Origin: Octopus sinensis
Taxonomy: Eukaryota
Assembly (NCBI RefSeq): GCF_006345805.1
Contig: NC_043006.1
Coordinates: 85,064,001 to 85,128,000, forward strand
DNA length: 64,000 bases
Direction of reading: 5' to 3'
This document shows positions 14,110-27,422 of the stretch, in pieces (position 1 is the first letter of the stretch; each line of letters begins with the position of its first letter). A program made the translations under genes and the position numbers. Under the pieces are notes generated by a model that searched no databases, was not told where the DNA came from, and worked only from the letters and a program-made list of their open reading frames with translations.

Positions 14110-14478
14110 CTCTTTTTACTTGTTTCAGTCATTTGACTGCAGCCATGCTGGAGCACCACCTTTAGTCGAGCAAATTGACCCCAGGACTTATTCTTTGGAA
14201 GCCTAGTACTTATTCTATCGGGCTCTTTTGCCGAATTGCTAAGTTACAGGGATGTAAACACACCATCAGTTGTCAAGCGATGTTGAGGGGGAGGGGCAAA
14301 GAAAGATACACACAACACACATACACACACACACACACATATACAACAGCCTTCTTTCAGTTTCTGTCTACCAAATCCACTCACAAGGCTTTGGTCGGCC
14401 CGAGGCTATGGTAGAAGACACTTGCCCAAGGTGCCACGCAGTGGAAATGAACCCGGAACCATGTGGTTGGTAAGCAGA
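14110..14478 (-). mobile_element. SINE S2
   Basis: Near-complete copy, reverse complement of the 15126-15500 type. Confidence 0.85.
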
Positions 14479-14480
14479 TT

Positions 14481-14902
14481 TGCTTGTCAGTTGTTTGACC
14501 TTAACCAGTTGACCATGTCCCTTAGTGGCTGACTATATGTGCATCTCTGATCACAAGCAGAAGTAGTGGGGGAGCATCATAGCCGTGTGTTGAGAGGAAT
14601 TCTTAGAGGTTTGGATAATTCACCTTTTGAAACATGGGTGGTTCATTCAACATCCTTAAACAATCCTTATTCAGGGACCTTTTGAGTGGGATGGGTTACT
14701 CGACCAGAAGAAAATTCTAACTAGGCCCCACCTGCAAGGTCATGCGCCGTTTATCTTGATATGAGATCACCATGTCGCGCACAAATGGTTGTGATGCATG
14801 TGCCTGGTGTACCCTTCTCAGACGGGTAGTTATGATGGGTATACTGGGCTTCGTATATTTTACCCCAGTGTCACTTTGATGTTATGCACTTCTCTCTCAC
14901 TC

Positions 14903-14934
<32 letters not shown>

Positions 14935-14960
14935 CAACAACAACAATAGCAGTAATAACA
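14481..14960 (+). mobile_element. Retroposon 3' end with (AAT/AAC)n tail
   Basis: Ends CTCTCTCACTC(AAT)n; inverted shorter copy at 16218-16513. Confidence 0.75.
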
Positions 14961-15125
14961 ACAATCCTTTCTACTGAGATGCACAAAGCCTAAAATTTTG
15001 TGGGAGGGGACTAGGCAAGTATATTAACCCCAGTACTCAACTGGCACTTATTTTATCAACCCTGAAAGGATGAAAAGCATTATTAACCGCAGTAGAATTT
15101 GTATTCAGAATATAAAGAGCCTATG

Positions 15126-15500
15126 TAGGCATAGGAGTGGGTGTGTGGTAAGTAGCTTGCTTATCAACCACATGGTTCCGGGTTCAGTTCCACTGCGTGA
15201 CACCTTCTGCAAGTGTCTTCTAGTATAGCCTCACTTCTACTATAGCCATGTGAGTGGATTTGGTAGACGGAAACTAAAACAAGCCTATCGTGTGTGTGTG
15301 TGTGTTTGTACCTCCAACATTGCTTGACAACCGATGGTGGTGTGTTTAGGTCCCTGTAACTTAACGGTTTGGCAAAAGGGACCAATAGTATAAGTACTGG
15401 GCTTACAAAGAATAAGTCCTGGGGGTGATTTGCTCGACTAAAGGTTGTGCTCCAGCATGGCTACAGTCAAATGACTGAAACAAGTAGAAGAATAAAGAGA
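15126..15500 (+). mobile_element. SINE S2, full length, nested in a minus-strand S1-variant SINE (about 14963-15575)
   Basis: tRNA-like head (GTGTGTGGTAAG, GGTTCAGTTCC), CORE-like segment, internal (GT)n, tail GACTGAAACAAGTA; the host SINE resumes after about 15510. Confidence 0.85.
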
Positions 15501-16217
15501 GAGAGAGAGAGCCAGGAGAAATACCGCTGAGCATTTTGTCTGATGCGATAATGATCCTGCCAGCCTGCTGCCTTAATAATAATAATGATAGTGGTTCATC
15601 ATTTCCTGGTTTTCCTTCCTGTCTCTTACTCTGGCATTCACTTCACACATGCATGTTGATGTGAAGGCAAGATGCTGGCATTTATAACTTATTCACTTTC
15701 ATTAATCTGATTCATAAAATAGTATTGAGAGACTATGATAGCATGAATGGTACATGCAGGGGGTGTTGGTAGGGGGAATGAATGAGGAGGGGAAAAGCAT
15801 CAATTGCTGCAGTCAAAAATGACATAAACGAAAAAAAATATAAAATAAAATGTGGGGAGAACTTGGGTTGGATCAAACCTAGAATAAAACCACAACCAAA
15901 ATGTCAAAGTATGAAGATGAATAAAGAACTGTTTGTTTGTTTGTTGTTGTACTGCACCCCTATCAAATCCATACCACTAGCCTGTAAAAACAAACATTAA
16001 ACCGAGTATCGGTGGTGGTGGTGATTTTCATATCTGTTTATCAGGGTTTGGCTAGTGTTGCAAATTTTGATATCGTACAAGAATTTGGGGGAGAAAATTT
16101 TACATTTTATTTTATTTGGAATTTGATATTTTTCTGATGTTGAGAAATAGATTTTTAGTTTATTCACTTTATAAAAAGAATTGTAAATTTAAAGAAAGCA
16201 AAATTTTCATCTTTATC

Positions 16218-16513
16218 ATTATTATTATTATTGAGTGAGAGAGTAGTGCATGCCATCAAAGTAACACTGGGGTAAAATATACGAAGCCCAGTATACCCAT
16301 CATGACTACCCGTCTGATAAGGGTATACTAGGCACATGCATCACAACCATATGTGCGCAACATGGTGATCTCATATCAAGATAAACAGCGCATGACCTTG
16401 CAGGTGGGGCCCTGTCAGAATTTTCTTCTGGTCGAGTAACCCATCCCACTCAAAAGGTCCCTGAATAAGGGTTGTTTAAGGATGTTGAACAAACCACCCA
16501 TGTTTCCAGAGGT
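16218..16513 (-). mobile_element. 5'-truncated copy of the 14481-14960 retroposon
   Basis: Reverse complement matches 14622-14915. Confidence 0.8.
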
Positions 16514-16519
16514 AACATC

Positions 16520-17037
16520 AACCCTTAAATGGTGAACATCAATTGATGTTTCAAAAATTTTACATGGATGTAGCCATCATCAACTGATGCCTGGGTATGT
16601 ACTTTGTCAAATGTGTTTAAATGTAAGTGGCCTTTATTGGCAAGACAAATTGTTACAAATGGAAGATTTATAGCACGATAAAGGGTATTCTGACTTGCTT
16701 CATCATCAGATGAGGTAGATGATGATGATGATGATGTTCTAGATAACACAGAAGGAAGTGATACCTTGAGTAGTTCTGGATGGATGGAAAGAGGGCACCG
16801 ATTTTTATACATTTGTTTGATAACAACAATGTGAGAATCTCAAATGAATTTAAGCTCATGCCGGCACTTTCCAATAAATGAGATTGTAAATTTTATTGTA
16901 CAAGAGACTAACAATTATTGTAGTTTTTATACTTAAAGTGAAAATATAAAAATTATGCTTAATATGAAGATATTTTGGGGTTTTTTCTCATTTAGCACAC
17001 GCAATCATGCAATTCTTTCTTGCCATTGAAAAGTTAA
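16520..17037 (+). mobile_element. Possible decayed piggyBac-like element
   Basis: AACCCTTAAATGG ... CCATTGAAAAGTTAA imperfect ends; acidic remnant SSDEVDDDDDDVLDNTEGSD resembles piggyBac N-termini. Confidence 0.35.
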
Positions 17038-18318
17038 AGGTGGTGAGCTGAGAAAATCATTAGGATGTTGAACAACATGTGTAACAGTATTTCCTCCAGT
17101 TCTTTACATTCCGAGTTCAAATTCCACCAAGGTCAACTTTGCCTTTCATCTTTTCTGGGTTGATAAAAATAAATACCAGTTGAGTACTGGGGTCGATGTA
17201 ATCAACTTACCCCTCCCCTCAAAATTGCTGGCCTTGTGCCAGAATTAGAAAGGATTACCCTCATTACCCAGTCAGGTGATTAACCAGTTGGTACATTTTT
17301 TTTTTAATAAACTCTTTTTTTATTCTTTCAATTAATTATGAAAGTGATGAAGAATGTACATTGTAAAATAACTTCTGTCATTATTAAGCTAATGTTTGAA
17401 ATTAAAATAAACATGAAATTTTAATGGAAAATATTAATTTAAATCTCTTTAACCCTTTAGCATTACTCTGATAGATTACTCTGTCAAATGTAATACTTAT
17501 TTATTCACATTGTTTTGAATTAATCAGGTATTATCTCTTTCCTTTAAAATTCCAATGATGTTATATATTTTTACTACAATCCTAAAATTACAAAATTACC
17601 AAAAGTATTAGTTTTTCCTAAGGGAAAGTAAAAAAAAAAAGCTTAGAAAATCCTTTAACATAAGTTGTTGGCATTAAAAAGGGTATCCGGCTGTAGAAAT
17701 CATGCCAGAACAGACAGGTGGAGTCTGGATAGCTCCTGGCTAACCAGCTGCATGTCAAACCATCCAACCCATGCCAGCATGGAGAGCAGGTGTTAAACGA
17801 TGATGATGATGAAGAAGAATGTGATAAGGATAATATCCAAAATTTGGTTAACTCATAGGTGTGAGAGAGAACGAAAGGTAGTCTTGTGTGGATTGGCATC
17901 AAAAGGGTTAGTCGAGTCATCATCATCATCATTTAACATCCTTCCATGCCGGCATGGGTTGGACAGTTTGATAGGCTCCAACAAGCTGAAGAACTTTATT
18001 GAGCTCCAACCATAGAAACCATGCCAATGGTTTCTATGGTTGGATGCCCTTCCTAACACCAACCACTTTACAGAGTTTACTGGGTGCTTTTTTAGTGACA
18101 CCTATACTAGTGAGGTTGCCAAGTAACTTGGAAGACAAAGAAGAAGCTCCCTCGAGTGAGTCTGTAGTAGAGTGGAAGGTAGCTTTATGTGGGGTGTTGA
18201 GAGGCTAAAGTATGATATTGGTGCATACACAGGCATGTTGCTATAGAAAAGATACATGGTTACCTTGCATTATATCAGAGTGGGTGGGAGCAGGTGGGAA
18301 GGACATTCAGATGTTGGT

Positions 18319-18538
18319 GATGAGGTGTGTGTAAAAGTTCCTGGATTTAAGGGTATCATGAAAGGCCTGGTTGGAGGTTAAACCTTCCAAGTTCTTTTAC
18401 AGGCCTTAGAAAAACTGAAGGACCACTGCTATAGGTGGGTGAGTCTGAGAGGGGAATATATTGAATGAAATCATAATTAGCTGATCCTCCTCTGTTTTCT
18501 TTTACCCAAAGCCAGGAACTTTTCAATACCCTTTCATA
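18319..18538. mobile_element. mariner-type MITE
   Basis: Inverted ends AAAAGTTCCTGG(A)TTT / AAAGCCAGGAACTTTT; inverted relative to 58709-58928. Confidence 0.7.
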
Positions 18539-18875
18539 TACACACCCACACATATACAGTATAGATTTAAAAACCTTAGCCTATTATACATTTCACAGTA
18601 TCAGACCATCTTGTAGACCATTCCAGTTGGACGCAGAATTATTCTTAATTAAATACTTGCATGTTTTTAATGTATTGTGAAATCTTAATATTAATTGGAA
18701 AAACAAAAAGAAATAAACCAAATAAAACTTTTTTTAATTAACTACTTAGTTTCTTTTGTTTTCCTGTGTTAATTAATTTCAAATATAGATTAAATAAATA
18801 TCTTTATTCCTCTGTAATTAATTTTAATGTAAAAATGGTTCACTTCAAATTAAACAAATTGTATTTGTAGCATTG

Positions 18876-19165
18876 AAGGCACATGGCTCAGTGGTTAGAG
18901 TGTTGGGTTCGCAATCATGAAGTAGTGAGTATGATTCCCAGACCAGGCTGTGTGTTGTGTTCTTGATTAAGACACTTTATTTCATGTTGCTCCAGTTCAC
19001 TCAGCTGTAGAAATGAGTTGCAACATCACTGGTGCCAAGCTTTATTGGCCTTTGCCTTTCCCTTGGATAACATTGGTGGTGTGGAGAAGGAAGACTTGTG
19101 TCTTGGAGGGGAACTTTCTAGGTGCAATCCTATTGTCATTCATAACTGAAGGGGGTCTTTACCCT
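18876..19165 (+). mobile_element. tRNA-derived CORE-type SINE (family S5)
   Basis: Head GGCACATGGCTCAGTGGTTAGAG..GATTCCC, CORE-like TGTGTTCTTGA..AAGACACTT; tail shared with 33783-33960. Confidence 0.8.
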
Positions 19166-20682
19166 TTTTATTTGCAACATCATTTGTATTATTCCCCACC
19201 CCCAATTCTAAAGTTTGGTGAAATGGTTTCCAATTGAAAATCTTGCATGTCTAATATAGTATAGTTTTACAGTTTGGTGCTCTTCCTGTCACCAACTTTT
19301 ACCAGCTTTTCAAGAGATCCACTGTGGATGATTTGTTGACAGGAGAAGTGCCAACACCACCACCACTCATATGTAAACAAAATGTAAACAAACAAACACT
19401 CACACAGACATATGTGTATATCTAAAGGTGCATGGCCTTGTGTTTAGGGTGTCGCACTCACAATTGCAAGATTGTGGTTTCAATTCCTGGACTGGTGATG
19501 TATTATGCTCATGAACAAAATACTTCATTTCACATTGCTCCTGTCCACTCAGCTGTAAATGGCTGACCTTGAGATGGACTTGTGTCCTGTTCAGAAGGTG
19601 TGTTGGCCCTCCTGTCTAGCTAGCTGGGTGCCATCATTTGAAGGCTATGAAAATGCAGGGACAAAAATTTTGGCCTGCGGTTTATAACCACATCTGGTAG
19701 TCTTGTGTATGTTCGTGTGTATATGTGTTTGTATGTTTGTGCACACACAATTCTTTGGTGACCTGAGGCAATGGTAAAAGTAACTTTCCTCAAGGTGCTG
19801 TGCAGTGGGACTGAACCTGAAACCATATAGTTGGGAAGTGAACTTCTTAACCACACAGGTCTAGCAAGTGTGTAGTGACTTCACTTGTTTCACTTTGGGG
19901 TTAATATTAGCCAAAACACCTTCGTTCCATCCACTACAATCTGTTACTATTTTTAATTGTTAGTCTTTCCATGTATTTCCTCCTCTTGTTTTTTCCTTTC
20001 TTTCTCTTAGCTTACTCTCTCTCTCTTTTCAATATCTCTGTCTCTTCCTATTGACTTGTTTTCTTTTCTCTTATACTATTTCTCAAATTCCTTCTTCTTG
20101 CCCTTCACTCTTTATCTTTCTACATATATATGTGTGTGTGTGTGTCTGTATAATATATACGTACCTACATAATATATTCCTGCTACACTCTATCCCTCTC
20201 TTCTTCAATACAATACTGATGTATATAATAATTTAGTATAATATTGATTGATAATATTTGTACAAGGCTGCAATTTCTGAAGAGTTTTCTCTCTCTCTCT
20301 TTTTCTTTTCTTTTCTTTACTGCTTAAGAGAAAGAGGGCAATGCCCTATTCCCAAAACTTCAGAGTCTAGTGCTATAGAGGGGGATTATTCTCAAATCAG
20401 AGAACTGGTCCCTAATGCTTGCAAAAGGATAAACCCTGTTAAAGTTACCCAAGGATCTAATATGTCCATTTTTCTTTCATATTTTTTTTATGGTTGTGAT
20501 TTGAGAGAGATTAGGATGCTAATTCTAGAAGACAGTGGTGTCATGTAGGGAGCTTAAAAATTACCTATTTGCACAATTGCATTTTTGTCCATTTACTTTC
20601 TCATTCTCTGTAATATTTCTTGAGGAATTAATAATTTTGATCTAAAATTTCTCTCTCCCAAACAATTTTTTTACATCTAAAT

Positions 20683-21047
20683 CAGGGATTCTCAACCATT
20701 TTTTATCCACCCCTTTCATTACTATTTTTTTGTTTTGGTGGACCCCATTACTATTCAATGTTTAGAAACTAGTTTTATAGAAACTTCTTTCAAAATTCTT
20801 ATTTTGTTGTTCACACATTAACTTGTGTAGGCTGAACTGTGTAAAATGTTAGAGAAAGAAATCTAGCTGTTTCTTGCAATAAATACCACTATATACATAT
20901 AAAGCAAAATCTTTCTATATACATATAAAGCAAAAGTTCTTAAAAAATATTATTGTGGATCCTCAATTTACTATTTTGTTACGTGGACCCTCAAAAATCT
21001 TATATGGACCTTCGAGGGGCCATCTGGATCCCAGTTAAGAACCACTG
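20683..21047. mobile_element. hAT (Charlie-like) MITE
   Basis: TIRs CAGGGATTCTCAAC / GTTAAGAACCACTG; perfect 8-bp TSD ATCTAAAT (20675-20682, 21048-21055). Confidence 0.9.
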
Positions 21048-21465
21048 ATCTAAATGAATCATAGGTCTTGTGTGTTATAATATTGATCATAATTATAAGG
21101 TTTGTGTTATTTTTTTGTAACTACAATTTTCAGCTCCTTAAGTTTAGTGTGATGGTTTTACATTCAGTGCTAGCATCACCTGGTGGCACTAAAATTCATT
21201 TTAGTGAATACTAGGAATTCAAGACATGTGGTGTTGGACTTTACAGGTGGAAAGTGAAGGCTGTCAGTAGACACTTGTGGAAACAAAAACATGTAACTAA
21301 CCAAGAATACAGGAAAACTGCTGTCCAGTATGCAGGATGGATTTACTAATCGTAGATATTTTCAAACTAGAAATTAGATGTTGGTATCTGCTTCCAAACT
21401 GACATTAATTCATGTCTGATGAAACTAACCAACTAAATTTGGTTGAGTTCAAATTGACCTGCCTT

Positions 21466-21780
21466 TAACCCTTTCAATACCAACCGAGCTGGGACTGCTC
21501 ATGGCCCTCTGATATAAATTTCCTGTTTTAACGGGATTTAAATTAAATCCTTCCATCAAAATTTCATGTTCATTGATGTTCTAATGGCATAATTAGTTTA
21601 CTTAATTCCTCAGGCACCTCCTCCATAAGCTCCTATCAGAAGTAACCATCATTAGACTTTCTGGCTAGATTTCTGAGTCTAACCAACTGGATATTATCCC
21701 TAAATTCTTCATTATTTTTTAAATTCATTGAAACAAAGGCAGTGCACTTCAATAGAAATTTGGTTTTAAAAAAAGGGTTA
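21466..21780. mobile_element. piggyBac-type MITE B with an internal insertion of about 90 bp
   Basis: TTAACCCTTTCAATACCAA ... AAAGGGTTAA; insert at about 21611-21700 resembles 57579-57663. Confidence 0.7.
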
Positions 21781-22569
21781 ACTGCCACTAAAGAAAACTT
21801 AAGAAGAGCCAATTTGGTTTTTCATTGAAGATGGTGGTGGTCACTAGGATAGGAAACAATGGTGTTGCATAAGGCGTCCCCTTGATATTTTCCCACCATT
21901 TTCTCACTCTCACTTCCCTTCACTTTGTCGTTTGGCACACACTTAGAAACAGGAGGGAAATATATAACTGTGTCTATATCCTTTCATAACAAACTCCAAC
22001 ATTGTTATCTGTTTTATCACCAGCATAAAAATCCAATATACAAGACAGCTCTTCCGTCCATGTTCCCTGGTGTATTCATCATATTTATTAATATAATTTT
22101 AGTTTTATTTATTTTTATTTATCTTTTTTTTTCCTTCGTTTTCTTCTTCCAGTAGGAAGTGGAAAATATTTCATACAAAACGCTTTCTGATTTATCTGTA
22201 AAAACCTACAACAGCAACAACAACAACAAAAATCAATGGAGTATTGCGACACAGTCTGCATATTTGCTGCTGTTGTTGTTGTTACATTCTCCAGTCACTT
22301 CTGCTGATTCAGGCTCCTGGCACGGAGCTAGCTGATCACCTCCCCACCACCACTACTACTACTACTACTTTATGTCCGGAGATGGAACCTGCAGATTCAG
22401 TATGCCGGATATGTTATTGATACTGTCTGCTGTCGTCTAGTCTCCCTTGGACTCCCACTCTTTTTAGATTCTAATGAAGTGCATATACGTATGTGTGTGT
22501 GAGAGAGAGAGAGAGAGGGTGCATATACATTTATATATATATATGTGCATACACATGCACATATAAATG

Positions 22570-22616
<47 letters not shown>

Positions 22617-22870
22617 TACACACACTTTGTGTATAGTGGCTTATAGTAGCAGTCTAGATTTTTTTTCTTTTGGTGCTAACATCCCATGTACAGGTTTCCT
22701 AGTCTTATTCCTCTTAATGCCTGTATGTTTGTTTGATCTCGTACTTGTTTATTCAAGGTTTATAGCCTTACATACAATACATTGTTGATACATAGCATCA
22801 ATCAGCTTCTTCATAAAGCTGGAGCATTTTTACACATACACGTATGTGTATATATATATATATATATATA

Positions 22871-23171
22871 GAGGCGCAATGGCCCAGTGGTTAGGGCAGT
22901 GGATTCGCGGTCGTAGGATCGCGGTTTCGATTCCCAGGCCAGTCGTTGTGTGTGTTTATTGAGTGAAAACACCTAAAAGCTCCACAAGGCTCCGGCAGGG
23001 GTTGGTGGCAATCCCTGACGTATTCTTTCGCCACAACTTTCTCTTACTCTTTCTTCTATTGACCTGCTCACTTAGCCAGCGGGGTGGCATCATTTGAAGG
23101 CTAAAACAATGCGAAGCGCATTGTGACCAGCGATGTGTAGTAACATCTGATAGCTTGGTCAATCACGGTGA
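22871..23171 (+). mobile_element. tRNA-derived SINE (S4-type head, different tail) inserted in (TA)n
   Basis: Head GGCGCAATGGCCCAGTGGTTAGGGCAG..GGTTTCGATTCCC; body shared with 28496 and 33783 copies. Confidence 0.85.
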
Positions 23172-24230
23172 TATATACTTATACATATTTATACACACAC
23201 CCATAAGCAGTAGGCTCTCTGGTAAGAAGTATGCTTCCCAACCAGGTTCTAGGTTCAGTCCTTTTGCACCTCCTTGGGCAAGTGTCTTCTACTATAGCTT
23301 CAGGCCTTATAAGTGGATTTGGTAAATGAAAACTGAAAGAAGCCTGTTGTGTATGTGTGTGTGCGCCTGCGTTTGTTCCCCTAGTATTGCTTGACAGCTT
23401 GTGTTGGTGTGTTTACATTCCCTGGCAAAAGATACCGTAAGTACCAGGCTTTAAAGAAAAAGTACTGGGATCAATTCATTCGGCTAAAATTCTTCGAGGT
23501 GGTGCCCCAGCATGGCCACAATCTAATGACTAAAAGAAAAAAGATATACAACTAGCTTCTTTCAGTTTCTGTCTACCAAATCCATTTGTAAGACTTTGGT
23601 CAGTTTCAAGGTATAGTAGAACACACATGTCCACTGTACCATACTGTGGGACTGAACCTTAGAACACATGATTCAGAAGCAAGCTTCTTAACCACACAAC
23701 CACCACCTAATACAAAGAATTGCAAATGTGGAAGTGTCACTCTTTGGGTTATTTGCATTTCTTTTGTTTTGTTTTCTTTTTTCTTTTCTTAGAATATTTG
23801 TTTCTGGTAAATTAGATCTCAATAGTTCCAACTAGCGTTTCCTTTACACCATTCCACTTTCCTTGTTTATGCTGAAACCAACAAACCCTGTGCAAATACA
23901 ACAGCACAATACACCACCTGTGATTCTATCTCCAACTGTCACCATTAAGTGAGTATGGTTTGCTTAAGAAGTGCAGTCCCACTGCATGGCGCCTTGAGAA
24001 GATGCCTTCTATTATAGTCCAGGCCACCCAAAGCCTTGTGAGATGATTTGGTAGACAGAAACTGAAAAAACCTCATTGTAATTGTGTGTATGCATATATG
24101 AATTAGTACATCCAACCAAAATTAGGTGTGTTGTTTAGAAAACCATTGACTGCATTAACCCTTGTAGCATTCGGATTATTCTGTCAAATATGATTCTTAT
24201 ATATTCACATTGCTTTGAATTTATCATACA

Positions 24231-24619
24231 CTAGTAGTATCGCCCAGCGTTGCTCGGGTTTGTTTCGACCCTTTAGAATTGGAATTTTTGAAAAGTAAAA
24301 ATTTTGTATTATGTAGCTTGTTATTCTGTTTAAGTGAACATTTTTCTGATTGAAATACACCAAAAAATGGCGACACAGCAGTCAAAAAGTTGTAAAAAAA
24401 TAGGGATTTTCATAGAAAAAAAGCACCTTTTTGATGTAAATAATTTTTGGTGTTAACATGGTCCGATTTGTATGTTTTCTTCTACGGAAGGAAGAGTAAG
24501 CCTTCTTCTATCATACTCTCAATTTTGGTTAACTTATGCCGCAGGGTCTTGGCGGAGATAGTGTTAGTTGAAGGCTGCCAAACCTGCCATACACAGACAA
24601 CTTCAGTTTTATATATAGA
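24231..24619 (-). mobile_element. Non-autonomous Helitron
   Basis: Minus strand starts TCTATATATAAAACTGAAG and ends with hairpin CCCGAGCAACGCTGGG then CTAG; same family as 45322 and 47499. Confidence 0.85.
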
Positions 24620-24733
24620 GAGTTACCTCACTTTTTAAAATTTTTTTTACATACATCAAATGGCTATGGAGGTCCAGTGGAATAAAATAGGAATCAAAGG
24701 GGTTTATAGGCGAAAAATGGTTATTAACCACAG

Positions 24734-24902
24734 ATTTATAACAAATACTGTTGAAGGAACTTAGAGGTTATTAACTGACCATCTGGTCCTTCTATGAGAA
24801 CTTACAAAGTCTGATTATTAAATAAGAGCCAAAGATGGAAAACTATTGTAGCATAGGTCAGTTAATGGCCTCTTATTTCCTTCAATAAGGTTTATTGTAA
24901 AT
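24734..24902. repeat. 47-bp imperfect inverted repeat with 75-nt spacer (old MITE or structured element)
   Basis: 24734-24780 versus reverse complement of 24856-24902: 37/47 identical by hand count. Confidence 0.8.
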
Positions 24903-25842
24903 AGCCACATTGCATATATTTTACTCCAGTTTCCTTTTGTGACAGAAACACTATCGTTCAATCAGGCCCTGAAGTGTCTTGCCCAAGAAATCAATGCTCT
25001 ACCTGGTTTAGGAATCAAAGTGCTGTTATTCTCTGTGTGTGGGTACACAAAAGGATTCTTGTGTATTTTATTTTGCTAAAGCTTATAAATATACCTAAAA
25101 TAGAAAACTGCTCTGTGTGTGTGTGTGAGTGCATGCGTGCATCTTTTTCCCCCCTCCTTTCTCCCCCCCAGAAAACCAACTGTTCACCATAGTGAAATTG
25201 CTAGTTCAGCAGCCATTAATATCATGTTAAAATATGTCTAGAATATATGTCTGGAAGAGAAGCAACCGCATATGATTGTTTGTTTGATGTTTGATATTAG
25301 CTGTGTCAGACAATAGCTAGAATGTAGAACATAACTATATCTAGAACAATATACAAACTGCGACCATCTTTTTCTTTAGTCTTTCTTCATCCTTGTCGGT
25401 GTATTAGATAGCAAACAGATCAATGACCACTGTTCCAATAGCTGGTCAGATAACACACCAAAAAAAAAAAAAAAGAAAATTGACAAGAAAAATATAAGAT
25501 AAAAATAAGCCAAGTTGATTGATTATATTCTCCCTTTTAACAGTAGCCTCCTTATGAGATCTTGTTCCTCCATTTTCTCATATTCCTGGTGCAACGCAAC
25601 TTCTGTTCAGTCGTATCTGTTTTTTATTTTGTTTTTGTGTGTGGGTATCTATTTGCGTTGGTGTATTCTTTTTTTTTCTTTCTTTCTTCTTTTTTATTCT
25701 GGCTTCTTTACAGGCGTTAGATTGCAATCATGTTGAAGCGCTACCTTGAAGGGTTTAGTCAAACAAATTGTTTCCAGTACTTACTCTTTTGTCATTCTCT
25801 TTTTGCTGAACCACTAAGTTATGGGGATCATAAGCACATACA

Positions 25843-26076
25843 TATTTCTTTCATACCCACAAGGGGCTAAACATAGAGGGGACAAACGAGGACAGACACA
25901 CGGATTAAGTCGATTACATCGACCCCAGTGCGTAACTGGTACTTAATTTATCGACCCCGAAAGGATGAAAGGCAAAGTCAACCTCGGCAGAATTTGAATT
26001 CAGAACGTAACGGCAGACGAAATACTGCCAAGCATTTCGCCTGATATGCTAACGTTTCTGCCAGCTCACCGCCTTT
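25843..26076 (-). mobile_element. SINE S1 monomer nested in an S2 SINE
   Basis: TSD CATAAGCA(C/T)ATACA at 25829-25842 and 26077-26090. Confidence 0.88.
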
Positions 26077-26627
26077 CATAAGCATATACAACTATCATCA
26101 AGCAGTGAGCAAAAGAGACGAACACACACACACATGCACATATGTAGGTGCAAGCATGGCTAGTTGCAGGCATAGCTGTGTGGTTAAAAAGTTTGCTTCC
26201 CAACTGCATGGTTTCAGATTCAGTCTCATTGTGTGGCTTAATGGAAACTGAAAAAAGCCCATTTCGTGTGTGTGTGTGTTTAACTCTTCATCTTGACATT
26301 GCATGATGGGTGTAAATGAATGTCACCAGCATATGTGCTGTCCTTGATCAAAAATACATATTACCTTGCTTAGAAAGAAGTGAGGGTTGGTGACAAAAAG
26401 GGCATCTGGTTGTAAAAAACCTGCCTTAATGAATTCTGTTTGACCCATGCAAGCATAGAAAAGTTTGTGAAAATGATGATGATTATCATCAAGGAGGAGC
26501 TACCAATAAAAATTTGCATAATGTTATCAAACAGTTATTACTATCAAAGACCAATATTCCTGAACAAGCTTAGGATATTGATAAAGCCTTTGTTTAATGT
26601 TATCAGTCGTGATTATTATCTAAAAGA

Positions 26628-27422
26628 AAGGCGGTGAGCGGCAGAATAGCACGCCGGACGAAATGCTTAGCGGTATTTCGTCTGCCGTTATGTTCTGAGT
26701 TCAAATTCCGCCAAGGTTGACTTTGCCTTTCATCCTTTCGGAGTCGATAAATTAAGTACCAGTTATGCACTGGGGTCAACATAATCGACTTAATCCATGT
26801 GTCTGTTCTTGTTTGTCCCCTCTGTGTTTACCCCCTTGTGGGTAGTAAAGAAACAGAAATAAGTATTTCGTCTGCCATTACGTTCTGAGTTCAAATTCCG
26901 CCAAGGTTGACTTTGCCTTTCATCCTTTCGGGGTCGATAAATTAAGTACCAGTTACGCATTGGGGTTGATGAAATCAACTTAATCCATGTGTCTGTTCTT
27001 GTTTGTCCCCTCTGTGTTTACCCCCTTGTGGGTAGTAAAGAAACAGAAATAAGTATTTCGTCTGCCGTTACATTCTGAGTTCAAATTCCGCCAAGGTTGA
27101 CTTTGCCTTTCATCCTTTCAGGGTCGATAAATTAAGTACCAGGTACGCATTGGGGTCAATGTAATCGACTTTATACCTATGTCTGTCCTTGTTTGTCCCT
27201 TCTATGTTTAGCCCCTTGTGGGCAATAAAGAAATAAGAATCATTAGCACACCAGGCAAAATGCTTAGCATTTCGTCTGTCTTTATTTTCAAATTCTGCCG
27301 AGGTCAACTTTGTCTTTCGTCCTTTTGGAGTTGATCAAATAAGTACCAGTAGCAAACAAGGGTTGATGTAATCGACTTAACCCTCCCCTGAATTTGCTGG
27401 GCATGTACCAAAATTTGAAACC
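26628..27422 (+). mobile_element. SINE S1 array: head, three 190-bp units, then the body of an older S1 variant
   Basis: GTATTTCGTCTGCC recurs at 26673, 26863 and 27053; whole block flanked by 16-bp TSD ATTATTATCTAAAAGA (26612-26627, 27423-27438). Confidence 0.9.

Noticed and set aside
22382-22420. MEPADSVCRICY resembling a RING-CH start
   Set aside because: Immediately followed by TGA, with no usable donor
25172-25620. Acceptor-like sites near 25171 and 25543 with short open frames
   Set aside because: No good donors or recognisable homology; such pyrimidine tracts are common here
26673-27240. Regularly spaced repeats suggesting a CRISPR-like array
   Set aside because: Eukaryotic SINE units repeated whole, with no unique spacers
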